A DNA stretch of 64,000 bases from Camelus dromedarius (Eukaryota), in contig NC_087447.1 in the NCBI RefSeq assembly GCF_036321535.1, positions 43,774,001 to 43,838,000 on the forward strand, read 5' to 3'. This document shows positions 1 through 11,780 of this stretch, piece by piece (within the stretch, counting starts at the first letter, position 1; each line of letters opens with the position of its first letter). The notes under the pieces were generated by a model. It worked only from the letters and a program-made list of their open reading frames with translations, did not search any database and was not told where the DNA came from. The translations under genes were made by a program, and so were the position numbers.

Positions 1-152
1 ACGCCGGGGGCTGTTCCCAGCTTCTCAGCCCCTAGGCTTCTCCGGCCCTTCAGCACCGCTCCCTGGCCGTAGGGAATGAGAGCAAGCCGACCGGGAACTT
101 GTGTGTAGAATTGCAGAGAGAAGCTGTAGAAAAAACGTTTTAGAGCCCCCCA

Positions 153-220
153 ACACACAGACACACAGACACAGACACACACAGACACAGACACACACAG
201 ACACACACACACGCGCGCGC
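153..220. repeat. Interrupted (CA)n/(CAGA) microsatellite ending in (CG)n
   Basis: acacacagacacacagacacag...acacacacacgcgcgcgc; alternating purine-pyrimidine tract. Confidence 0.95.
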
Positions 221-356
221 AGAGCGCAGCAACCGTTTGGATGTGCGGACTTCCCGGGCCCCTGCGATCCTGTCCAAATGAGGTTGGCCTGAGCGCCCCC
301 AGTTTGGGAGTCACCCTACGGTCTGGGCGCGCTTGAACCCGGCGACCTGGGGTGGA

Positions 357-374
357 GGGCCCTCTAGTGGTCGG
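357..374 (-). promoter_or_regulatory. CTCF motif candidate
   Basis: Reverse complement reads ccgaCCACTAGAGGGCcc, matching the CTCF core CCASYAGRKGGC. Confidence 0.55.
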
Positions 375-1169
375 CTCCAATTAGAGGCAAGTGGAGTCCG
401 TTCTTGTGAACAGATGAGGACAAGCAGCACTACCCTGTGCCCAGCACCGAGGCGGAGTTCAACAGGCCCAAGAAAAGCTTTGGCGAAGTCTGACCACATG
501 GATTCTAGAACAGTCGCAAGACTGGGCCCGGGGACCTAGTCCAATGCCTTCCCCCAGCAAACGGCCTGAATCCCCTTTGGTTGTACTGCTAGGTTGTTAC
601 CCTGCCTAGGCCTCCAATAACTGGTTGCTCAGTTCAGCTGATTAAAATCCCTGTGGGCCTCAGATGGCATCAGCACCACGGACTCTGGCATAGTCCCCAG
701 CTCTAGCAGGAGCCGCTACCACCCTAGCCTCAGTTTTTTCCTATGTTTCTTATAGGCTGGACTCTTGACAAACTCCACAAGACACATCTTTTTTCATATT
801 ACCCTGGTGGCCCGAAATTACCAGTGTGCCCAGAAGACTTGTACATGAGAACAAAACTTAAGCCACTTTAGCAAATATGAGACTGGTCACTGCAGGAACC
901 CGGCCAGAGGCAGACCAAGGGCAAAGCCAGCAGAGGAAGGCTGGGGCCCACAAGAGTTGTGTTACAACAGGACACTCTAGTCCTCTTTCACTTCCTTAAA
1001 ATAGCAGCACAGAGGCTTTTGAAGAGGAGGCTGCCACAGTTCACACGAGTTCATGGGTGTTTCCAAATCCCACGTTAACCCCCTAGAGGACCCACAGCCA
1101 CCCCCCTATGCTAGTCTGTTCTTTAGAACTATACAATTACTTTTTTAAAAATCACTTTAACAGAAACGA

Positions 1170-1445
1170 TATAAATGACACCTACTGCAAACAAATTTAT
1201 GGTTACCAAAGGGAAAGGAGGGGAGGGATAAATTAGGAGTTTGGGATTAGCAGATACAAACTACTATATATAAAATAGATAAACAACAAGGTTCTACTGT
1301 ATAGCACAGGGGACTAGATTCTATAACTTGTAATAACCTATAATGGAAAAGAATCTGAAAAAGTATATATGTGTAACTGAATCATTTTACTATACACCTG
1401 AAACTAACACAATACTATAAATCAGCTATACTTCACTTTTTTTTT
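1170..1445 (+). mobile_element. L1 3'UTR fragment (inside the retroposed insertion)
   Basis: atggttaccaaaggg...gataaattaggagtttgggattagcagatacaaactactatatataaaatagataaacaacaagg...ctatacttca, also seen in the other L1 ends at 8430 and 60400. Confidence 0.9.
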
Positions 1446-1479
1446 AAATGGTGTATGTAAGTCACTGACTTTCCGGCTT

Positions 1480-1650
1480 ACTCACACGTTGGAACCACTT
1501 TGGGAGAGGGGGCTTAAGGAATACAGTACTGTCTGGGCCCACCTCCAGAGGCTCTAATTTAATAGTCTGGGAGTACGACCTGGCATTAGGATTTTTAAAA
1601 GCTCCTCAAGTGGTTCTTAGGTGCAGTCAAGTTTAAAAACCACTGGCCTA
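1480..1650. mobile_element. MER5A-like hAT-Charlie DNA transposon fragment
   Basis: ctgggccccacctccagag...atttttaaaagctcctcaagtggttct...gtttaaaaaccactg resembles the recalled MER5A consensus. Confidence 0.65.
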
Positions 1651-2934
1651 GGTCTTAGGAACTTCATTCCTCACTAAAATCCAACAAGAGACCCACCATT
1701 GAAAAATTTATCTAACAGAAACCCAAGAAGTATTCATGGGCCTGCATGTCCAGCCCTGGCTCCCAGGAAACAAAATGGTCCATCAACAGAAGCTTCCTGG
1801 AGAAAATATCTCGACTTAAAAAAGTGATTCTAGCTGCAGGAATTTAAGACACTAGAGTGGGTTGTTAGTGGTAGTGGCAGGTGTGCCCTGCAGAACTGTC
1901 AAATCAAAGCCTATCACAGATGAAAGGCAGACAGCACGTTACCGGCTAGCTCTCTGCACCTCTAACGGTACTGTGTGCAGGACCTTCGCATAGTTCCACT
2001 CACTGAGAATTCCCCCACTACTTTCCTCTGTGAGGCAGCCCAGTCCTTTTCTCTGTGAAACAGATAATGTTATGTTACCCATGCGGCAGCTGATGTCCCC
2101 AAACCCATGGAGTCCCCATGTTTATTTATTCATACCTGCCTCATTCCTGAATGGATTGGGGCTCTCAGTGAGAATGTTACTGCTGATTTTCTTCTCTAAA
2201 GTATAAAATATTCTTTGATTTATAGAGTGCATTTCTGACCCAGATGATGGTTCTTTTACAGACCAATAAAATGCTTGAACATTTTTACAACTAAAGTGTA
2301 ACTGAATCTGGATTTCTGATATCTTGTCATTTGGGGGATTTTATTTGCCTCTGTTGCTTTAAAATTCAAGGCAGAGAAGTTGTTGACTGTAGGAGAAATA
2401 AAGCGAATTCAAATTTTGTGTTAAAAAAAATCACTTTGGTAGAACGGTGGGTAACTGCACTTTCTCCATGGGGGTGAGTAATTCCATTCTGCCAAGGACC
2501 TCCTCAAATGCTATGGGAAAAAAAAAAAGAACAAAAATCCTCTCTTCCTGCCTATGGTCCCAGCCGGGGCTTGAAAGAATCAAGAAAGCAGCTGCAAACA
2601 CACAGAGCAAACCCTCTCATGTGACCAACCTGGAAAGAAAGAGGCCTCCGCACATGACACAGACTGGCATCCCCAGGCTGCAGTAGATGAACGCATGGGA
2701 AAGTTTGAAGAAGTCCCTCTGGATGGGCACAGCTGCCCTCTGTCCCCTGGCCACATGGCATGCCTGCTGCGGCGGGGTGTCCTGTGCGGGCTATCCACTG
2801 GCTTTCATCCAGATTCCAGAATATTTAACGAGGGCCTCAGGGTGTTGGGGCTTGTTCACATTAAACCCAAGCACATGCAGCGCTCCCTGAAACGTCTATG
2901 CTGCGGGTATTTAGGCAAATATAATATGAGGAGG

Positions 2935-2960
2935 TTTATTTGCTTAGTGTCAGTTTTATT
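2935..2960 (-). terminator. OLFML1: Tandem AATAAA polyadenylation signals, probable OLFML1 3' end
   Basis: tttatt on the + strand at 2935-2940 and 2955-2960, about 1 kb downstream of the OLFML1 stop. Confidence 0.7.
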
Positions 2961-3917
2961 GTATTTCAAGCAAGAAGGAAGAAGCAGGGGACAGTAAGGC
3001 AAGATGAGGCTAGAAGTGGGGACCTCACTCTTCAGCTGGTTTTCTGGAGGAAGTAGCTGTTGAAAGGTCTATAGGAAGGTCTTGTGCAGACATGAAACTT
3101 GCTAAAGGGATAGACCATTGTTTTTAGGCTGAAATGATGAATGTATTGCTTATAAAGGGTTGGGTGAACAAACATATACATCTGCTGCTTCCTTGGACAA
3201 TGGAAAAGCTATGGGATTTGCAGCACTTTCTAGCTCTGTCTTTCATTTTTTGTAGTTTTTTTACTTTGAATGGCTCACCTGAACCCTCCTCATCTGTAAA
3301 GACTTGTCCTGCATCTCATAAGGGTGCAAGGAGATGTAACATAGGGGCGGACACTTTGTAACTGGAAAGTTGTCTTTAAAGGTACTGTTTTCACTTTACT
3401 ATTACACCCACCTAGCTTGTTGGAGGGGCAGAACCAGGGGAAATGGAGATTAGACATCAATAAGAAATAGTATTTTAGTTGGGCAGTGAAGAACAAAAAG
3501 ACTATCAACAAGCATTTGTGAAAGAGGAAAAAGCTTGAACAAAGGCCAGAGGAGAGAAAAGCCAGGAGTATTAGGAGGTGCTCTACCTTTCTAGTGGGAG
3601 GGTGGGGATGGGGAGGGTTAGAGAAAATGTTAGTCAAGAAAAGGCTGGAAGTAAGCTGGATCAGAGCGTGGAAGGCTTTGAGTGCCAGGAGGTTTGGATG
3701 GGTAATGGAAGTTGTTGAAAATTCCTGAGTGACAGACTGTTATCTAAGCTCTTGCAAGACACCCATAACAGTACCATCTGGGAAAGGATGTATCTGTATT
3801 CCCACTTCCAGACCGCACCCCTGGATGTGATTAGAGGGATATATTTTGCAAAGGGGCTGTGGTCTCAGTGTCCTGGAGGGCAGCACGCACGGCGCCCTCC
3901 CTCCCGGCCATAGTGCA

Positions 3918-4826
<909 letters not shown>

Positions 4827-5329
4827 TCAATCATAATCGATTGCAGGAGTCAATGAATCAAAGAATGTAATGAATAATTGGATCTCTGTCAAAGGAATTG
4901 CTGTCCAGTCATAAGAGTCAGCCTTAATCAAGTCAGTCAAGTCAGAATATGAACAACTATTTGCTGTGTCAGAGGCCCTGCTGACTCTCTAGAGCACTTG
5001 AGGTTGACACAGTGAGAAGACTTAGGTGTGGAACCACCTAATTCAATTCCATTGGCCAAGATTTTATTGGGTAATTCAATTCTGCCTGCCAAGATTTTCC
5101 TGGGTACCTGCTGTGGACTTAGCTTTTAGTACTCTCCCAGAACAGTGCTAAGTAGTGAGGACAAAAATTATAATTTCAACCCTACACCTTGAGGAGATGA
5201 CCTTCTAGAGAAGGATTCTGGTCCTTGACCCTACTAGAACATTATAAAAGTTCTACTCCTCCCTCTATTCATTTATTCATGAATACATGCATGCATGTAG
5301 CCAGCCAACTTTGGATACCTACAAAGGTA

Positions 5330-5950
5330 CCACTCCATGAACCCTCACCTTTTGCCTAGACCACTGCATAGTCATCAGTTTGTCTCCCTGATTTTACTTT
5401 TGCTAATCTACAGTATGTTCTCCACAAAGCAGTAGGAGTGATCTGTTTAAAAATATGAATAATGTGACTGAACTGTTAAACCGTTTTCCCCACCAAACTT
5501 GGAATAAAATCCTAACCCCTTCCCTGGTCTAAAGCACCTACATGATTTGGCCTCTCCCTGTCTCTGGGCCTTGATTCTCCACTCTCCATCCCCTGGCACA
5601 TAGCATGGTGATTACACTGGCTTTCCCTCTGTTCCAGCACATGAGATGGTTTCTGCCTTAGGGCTGTAGTGCCTACAATTCTTTCTGCCCAGAGTCTTCT
5701 TTTCCTTTATCTTCCCATGTCTGCTCCTATCCTTCACATCTCAGTTCCAGTCTCATCTCCTTAAGAGACTTCCCTGACCACTGTATCTAAATTTAAAATG
5801 ATCTACAACAGCATCTCTCTTACTTCCTTGAGCTCCCTTATCGCGTTCTATAATGATGTTATTTGTTTAAATTACTGGTGTGCTGTCCTCCCCACCAGAC
5901 TCTAAGCTCCACAGAAGCAGGGCCTTTGCCCTCATGTTTTCTGTTATACT
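5330..5950. mobile_element. L2 fragment (degenerate)
   Basis: Typical L2 3' phrases (ctagaccactgc, tctccacaaagcag, ttccctgaccac, ccaccagactctaagctccacagaagcaggg). Confidence 0.6.
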
Positions 5951-6103
5951 CTACTGCCTTCCTGAGAGCTTCTGGGGTTCAGCAGCTATCTATGGAATTA
6001 ATGAGGAAGACAGGTTCATTCAAGCAGGTGTTTTTCTAGGGTTTAAACGGTGCTGCACATCCAGAGTTGACTTTAGGTCTGTCTGAAGTAATAATAATTT
6101 GTG

Positions 6104-6361
6104 TGTAGAATAGATAAACAAGATTGTACTGTGTAGCACAGGGAAATATATACAGGATCCTGTGGTGGCTCACAGAGAAAAAGAATGTGACGATGAATGT
6201 ATGTATGTTCATGTATAACTGAAAAATCGTGCTCTACACTGGAATTTGACACAACATTGTAAAATGACTATAACTCAATTAAAAAAAGTTTTAAAAAATA
6301 AAGTAAACGATTAACTTCAGGTATAAATAAATAAATAAATAAATAAATAAACGTAAAATTA
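6104..6361 (+). mobile_element. Young-type L1 3' end with (AAAT)n tail
   Basis: tagataaacaagattgtactgtgtagcacaggg...ttgtaaaatgactataactcaat followed by an A-rich tail; TSD aataataa(t/c)ttgtg at 6090-6103 and 6362-6375. Confidence 0.85.
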
Positions 6362-6769
6362 AATAATAACTTGTGAAGCACTTGAAAGCTTTTATGATAT
6401 TTTCAAATGCATCATTTCATTTAAAAATATGACACAACATTGTCATCAAGGGACCATACGGCAGGAATGGGGTTGGGGAGGAAGCTTAGCCTGGAAGAGC
6501 CGAGGGTCAGGAAGGTCATGCCCTTTCAGTGGTCAGGTCATCAGTGGCTGCTCCCAGAGGCCTTGCCAGGCCCAGACTTTGGGGCAAGCAGTGGAAGTCT
6601 CTCAGCCATCAGTTGCCACCATGTCCCCCTACTGACATGGATTGTGTCCCTGTGGCCTCTGGGTCAACTTTGTCCAGGTTGGCTTGGGTTATAGAAGCTA
6701 CACCCCTGGGGAAGGCAGAGAAGTCTGGGCCTGCTGGGAACCTTAGAATAAGTTTCAAATATCTCAGCA

Positions 6770-7170
6770 TGTGCAACATGGATAGGCCTGGAGATCGTCA
6801 TTCTAAGTGAGGTAAGCCAGAAAGAGAAAGAAAAATATCATGTGATATCACTCATATGTAGAATCTAAAAAAATATATCATATATCACTTATATGTAGAC
6901 TCTTAAAAAAAGATAAATGAACTTATATACAAAATAGAAACAGACTCACAGACAGAAATCAAACTTACGGTTATCATAGGGGAAAGGAGGGGTGGAGAGA
7001 TAAATTGGGGGTTTGAGATTTGCAGATACTAACTACTATATATAAAATAGATATACAACAAGTTTCTTCCGTATAGCACAGGGAACTATATTCCATATCT
7101 TATTGTAACCGATAATGGAAAAGAATATGAAAATGAATATACGTATGTATATGTGTGACTGAAACTCAGC
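6770..7170 (+). mobile_element. L1 3'UTR fragment with a small internal tandem duplication
   Basis: gcaacatggataggcctggagatcgtcattctaagtgaggtaagccagaaagagaaag...; the atatcactyatatgtaga...aaaaaa unit is repeated at ~6835-6911. Confidence 0.9.
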
Positions 7171-7504
7171 TAAGGGTGCCCTGAGCTGAGTCTGAGCTGG
7201 AAGGCAGGACCTGCCAGGAGACCTCCAGCGAGCCCCAGGGACGTGGCGAATGGTGTGTGTGAGGTGGGATGGGCACATCTCTGGATGTGCTAGGAGAGGG
7301 ACAGAGGAGGGTAATGGACGCTCTGAGGCCTATTCACAGGGTGATGGGATAATCTGCCTTGACTGGGAAGCCCCTAGCCTGCCCATCCCTCTGAGAGGAA
7401 AGCCAGCAGGCTTCCAGCCCAGCCATGAGGGACTACATCTAAGAATAAGGCACATTCAATGTCCCACTAGTGAGAAAATGTTCATTTAAAATACAGCAGA
7501 AGGT

Positions 7505-7629
7505 GGGGATGGGTATAGCTCAGTGGTGGAGCACATGCTTACCATGCATGAGGTCCCATTAAAAATAAATAAATAAATAAATAAATAAACCTAATTACCA
7601 ACTCCCCAAAAAAGGCCTGGGAAAAAAAG
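7505..7629 (+). mobile_element. Vic-1-like tRNA-derived SINE (B-box deleted)
   Basis: gggtatagctcagtggtggagcacatgctt head, (AAAT)n and aacctaattacc tail; TSD aaa(t/c)acagcagaa at 7489-7501 and 7630-7642. Confidence 0.9.
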
Positions 7630-8429
7630 AAACACAGCAGAAACTATTAACAGGCATTTGTCTTTCTCCTCCTACTCCTCCTTTCTAATGCAGAATCCTT
7701 GAAGAAATAGCAAACCAAAAGAGTGTTAAATGGTTTTGATCTGGGAAACATAGTTCCCGTTGGGAGGTGCGTGGGACCACAGAATGTCCCCGTGTGCTCC
7801 CTTTGGCTTCTCCTATCCCTTTGTAGAACCTGGACTGGGAGTCAGAGACCTGAGTGTCTGAACTCCAGCTCTGGTTCTCCTTGTGTCTCCTTAAAAGTCC
7901 CTTGGTCTATCCAGCCTTAGCTTTCCCAGCTGTAAAACGAGGGGTTTAGCCTAGATGCTCTATAGTTTCTTCAGGTGGATATTCCATAATTCTTATAAAT
8001 TCCTCTTCTTTTGGAATTTGGGGAGAATATGCTTTCAGTGTTTGAGTAAAAGAATAAGTTAACAACTCTCGGCTGTGCTGCTCTTGAGAAGAGATAATTA
8101 GCAGGAGTAAAAGGTTGAGGAAGGATAGGAAATAAAAATGGAAAACCTTTGAGTCCAGCCAAGATGCGAATTATTTAAGTGAGACACTGACATTTTGCAA
8201 ACCAGAGAAAGAAAATCTGCGGTTTACCCCTCAGGCAGTATTGCAGACAAGCAATTAGGATAGAATTTGGCTCAAGGCCTCAGAGTCAATTCATATATAA
8301 ATATCACTTATTTGAATCTTTTTAATATTTTTCCTCTTATTTAACAGCAATACTCTCCAGACTTGATGAGACTTGTCCTTCCATTGGAGAATGACTCAAT
8401 GGGAGTTATGTTTCAAAAACAGTGGTCTG

Positions 8430-8692
8430 TCACAGACACAGAAAACAAACTATGGTTACCAAAGGGGACAGGGTGGAGGAGGGATAAATTAGGAGTTTGG
8501 GATTAACAGACACCAGTAGTATATATAAAATTGATAAATAAGAAGGACCTACTGTATAGCACAGGGAACTATATTCAATTTCTTATAATAACATATAATG
8601 GAAAAGAATCTGAAAAAAAATGTATGTATAGGGATAACTGAATCGCTTTGAAACTTATCTGAAACTACCCTTCAATAAAAACAAAACAAAAC
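8430..8692 (+). mobile_element. L1 3' end
   Basis: tcacagacacagaaaacaaactatggttaccaaagggg...cttcaataaaaacaaaac; degenerate TSD caaaaacagtggtctg / caaaacatggtctg. Confidence 0.9.
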
Positions 8693-9624
8693 AAAACATG
8701 GTCTGGATATTAGTAGAGAATGAACTGGTGGATAGAGGTGAGGGAGAGGGGATGCAGGGAGATAGGTGAGAATCTGTAAGTATAATCCAGACGAGAAACA
8801 TCCAAATAGTGATGGGCGTGAAAAAAATGGGCACGGATTCAAGAACAGAAAAAGAGAGGTCAGGTCACTGATTAGGATGAGGATGCCAGGTGACAGACCA
8901 GACTTAAGGCTGCAGGGGATAGAAGGCATGAGACAGCAGCAGGGAAGAGCTGATATGCTGGGGGAGAAGAATGCTGAATTCACTAAAAAGAAGAGAATTC
9001 CAGTAAAACCATGAATATTTTGACTGCTTCTGGAAATTCTCTGTTGTTGAGCTTGACTTCTTCAGCCCCTGGAATTGTAGTCATGCTAATAAACATCTGT
9101 CAGTACTTATCAAGTGACAGGTATGACGTTCTAGACACAGGGATGACAAAAAGGACATCTTTCAGATGAGTCATCAGTGATAAAGCTTCAAGCTCTCACA
9201 ATAAAATTGTCAATGTGGACTTCACTGTCCTAGAAATTAGGGCCAATTCATGCTTTTGGCCCACAGAATAAATTTCTGATGTCTCAGCATGGTACCCAAG
9301 GTCCTTCATCTGACCTCCTCTTTGTCACTTCACTGGACTAGTCACCAGTCACCAGACTTGCCACTGAATGGGAAGGTTCACTCCACCCTGGAGCCAAAAG
9401 CCATCCGCTTAAACAACTTTGGGACCTTCTGTTGGTATCTGTAGTGATGGTACTGGAGGCATCCTCATCGACCATGGGCTTTCCAGCTGGATACACAGAA
9501 GTGCTGTGTGCATAGATGTTTGTGAACCCAGCGCAGTGACCTATGGGACTGTCCAGGAGGCAGCATAGGATAAGCTGTACCCATAGCTTTGGCGACACTG
9601 GCTCCATCAATGCAGCAACTTCTT

Positions 9625-9684
9625 TGTGTGTGTGTGTGTGTGTGTACACGTAGGTGTGCACACACACACACACACACACACACA
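9625..9684. repeat. Inverted microsatellite (TG)10 - spacer - (CA)13
   Basis: Directly visible; the two arms are reverse complements of each other. Confidence 0.95.
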
Positions 9685-11059
9685 AGTATTTTTATACTCT
9701 CCTGCACTTACACCTGTGTGTAATAGATACATTACACACAAAACATGGTCTGGATATTAGCAGAGAATGAACTAGATAATAGATATTTGTAGTAGATACA
9801 TCTGTTGCAATTTAGAGTCCTACATCTCTGAATGTTTTGTTCCACTCATCACAAACTAATGGACCTTGGGCATTGTCACAAATATGTTTTGTTTGGCTTC
9901 CAGTAGGTATTTTGCCTGCTTATTTTTTTGTTTGTTTTGTTTTGTTTTTAATGACTTTGACTATGAGGCATGCACATTTATACTACCTGAATGGATCCCA
10001 GAGGCATGCGAATTTGCAGCAACAGCCTTTCTTCCCTGAAACATGATCTAACAAAAGATGTGAGTTATTTAATTCAGCAGGGAGAGGGTTACTTGAGGCA
10101 GTGTGCATGCACCCTTCCCAAAATAGGAAATAAATCAAATCTGCTATAATGCCTTGTTTTGACTGCCTTGAGAATTTTTCTTCACAAGGTATTTACAAGT
10201 TAAAGAGAGGTTAATACTCTTCTGATCCATACAAGAATGCAGCCTGTGGAATCTGCCAAAAACTGTTAGTTGAATAAATTCTCAATCTGGGTATCTGAGG
10301 CAATGGTGCTTTGCCATGAGTTGCCAAGTACAATGCGAAATTTCCCTTTACTTATAACAGTTATAGTACCAAAGACTTGGAGTGACTTTAAAGTATCAGT
10401 TAGATTGTACTCAAGTAACTTTCACTCACTGTGTCCTAAATTGTGTGAGAGAGAGAGAAAGAAAGAAAAGAGAAGGAAAGAGAGAGAACAAAAAGTAAGA
10501 CAGAGTATGTATATGTTAGAATTAAGATTCTAAAAAATTTACCTTACCCCAGACATCCCTGGGATTGTGGCCTTCACGTGACCACCATCTGGGGATCATC
10601 TCTAAATAAAGGCTGAAGACTTGGAATAGCTCTACAGGAAATGGCTTAATTACAAAGCAATCTGCCTTATTCATTATCCCCGCAATCTGGCCCTTTGTAG
10701 TTGCCCAATAAATATTCCTATAATAAATGAGAACCACTCAGACAGATGTTAGAATTTTCTGGAAATCTCCTAAGACACAATGTTGACTTTTCCAAGGAAG
10801 TTATGTTACCCTCTCTCTCTAGGTTTTCTGAAGAAACTCTCTAAGATAGCACATAGGTAGGAATGAAGCTCCTGGTGTGAACTCTGGCAACCCTCCTGAG
10901 CCCATAATCCCATATTTGCCCACACAGGATGCTGACTTGAGTCTGAAGGATTTCTGGAAGTTCCCCAGCTGGCACAGCTGGCACAGTCCCAGCAGGCCAC
11001 AGTTAGAAGATAAGAAGCCCTGTGGGAAGAAGATGGGTACTGGAAATTAACAGCACCAG

Positions 11060-11617
11060 CTCGGCTGGCCAGAATTCTAAGATTCCCACTCCATGGATAT
11101 GCCCTACATAATCCCCTCCCCTTAAGTCAGGGCAGCACCTGCGACTGTGATGGTGCCCCTTGACTAGGTTATCAGGCAAAGATAAAGAGATTTTATAGAT
11201 ATGATTAAGGTGCCAAATCAGTTTGAGTTTATCAAAAGGAAGATGGTTATGGGTAGGCTTGACCTAAATCAGATAAAACTCTTTTAAAAAAAAAAGGGAC
11301 TGAGCACTTTTCAAAAAGAGGCACTCTCCTTCTGGCTTTGAAGGAACAATAGACACATTGTAAGCTGTCTGTGGAGAGGTGCAGCTGCTTGAAGCTGAGG
11401 GCCTCAGTCCTACAACCACAGGAAAGTGAATTCTGCCAACAACGTCCATGAGCTTGGAAGAGGACCCCAAGCTCCAGGTGAGAATGTGGCCCAGCCAACA
11501 TCCTGATGCTGTGAGACTTTGAACAAAGCATCCAGAAACCTGACATAATAAATGTATGTTGTTTTAAACTGCTAAATCTGTGGGGATTTGTTACACAGCA
11601 TTAGAATAACTAATACA
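11060..11617 (+). mobile_element. MaLR LTR (MLT1D/E-like)
   Basis: cagaattctaagat...ctacaaccacaggaaagtgaattctgccaacaac...ttgttttaaactgctaaatctgtggggatttgttacacagcattagaataactaataca. Confidence 0.85.
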
Positions 11618-11620
11618 GCA

Positions 11621-11780
11621 GGGTGGGTAAATCTCAGTGGTATAGCTCAGTGGTATAGCATATGCTTAGCATGCTCAAGGTCCTGGGTTTAGTTCCCAGG
11701 ACCTCCATTAAAAAGTAAGTAAATAAATAAAAACCTAATTATTTCTCCTTCCCCCCACCCTCCAATTTTTTTTTTTTTAA
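11621..11780 (+). mobile_element. Vic-1-like SINE with duplicated A-box segment
   Basis: ctcagtggtatagctcagtggtatagcatatgcttagcatgctcaaggtcctgggtttagttcccaggacctccatt followed by the tail. Confidence 0.9.

Larger units (their letters stand above)
1..540 (-). promoter_or_regulatory. PPFIBP2: CpG-rich edge of a promoter island, likely upstream of the PPFIBP2 TSS (TSS probably just left of the window)
   Basis: High GC/CpG density compared with the rest of the window. By recalled synteny PPFIBP2 starts a few kb downstream of OLFML1 in the same orientation. No PPFIBP2 exon is identified. Confidence 0.6.
1159..2425 (+). pseudogene. 5'-truncated retroposed mRNA 3' end (UTR-only retrocopy) or L1 3' transduction
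   Basis: Perfect 12-bp TSD aaaaatcacttt at 1147-1158 and 2426-2437, preceded by a TT|AAAA L1 endonuclease site. AATAAA at 2397-2402 lies about 20 nt before a residual A-tract. Contains an L1 3' piece and a MER5-like piece. Confidence 0.75.

Noticed and set aside
5039..5104. 33-bp two-unit tandem duplication (taattcaattc...gccaagatttt..tggg)
   Set aside because: Ordinary diverged local duplication with only two units; not an array or CRISPR-like structure.
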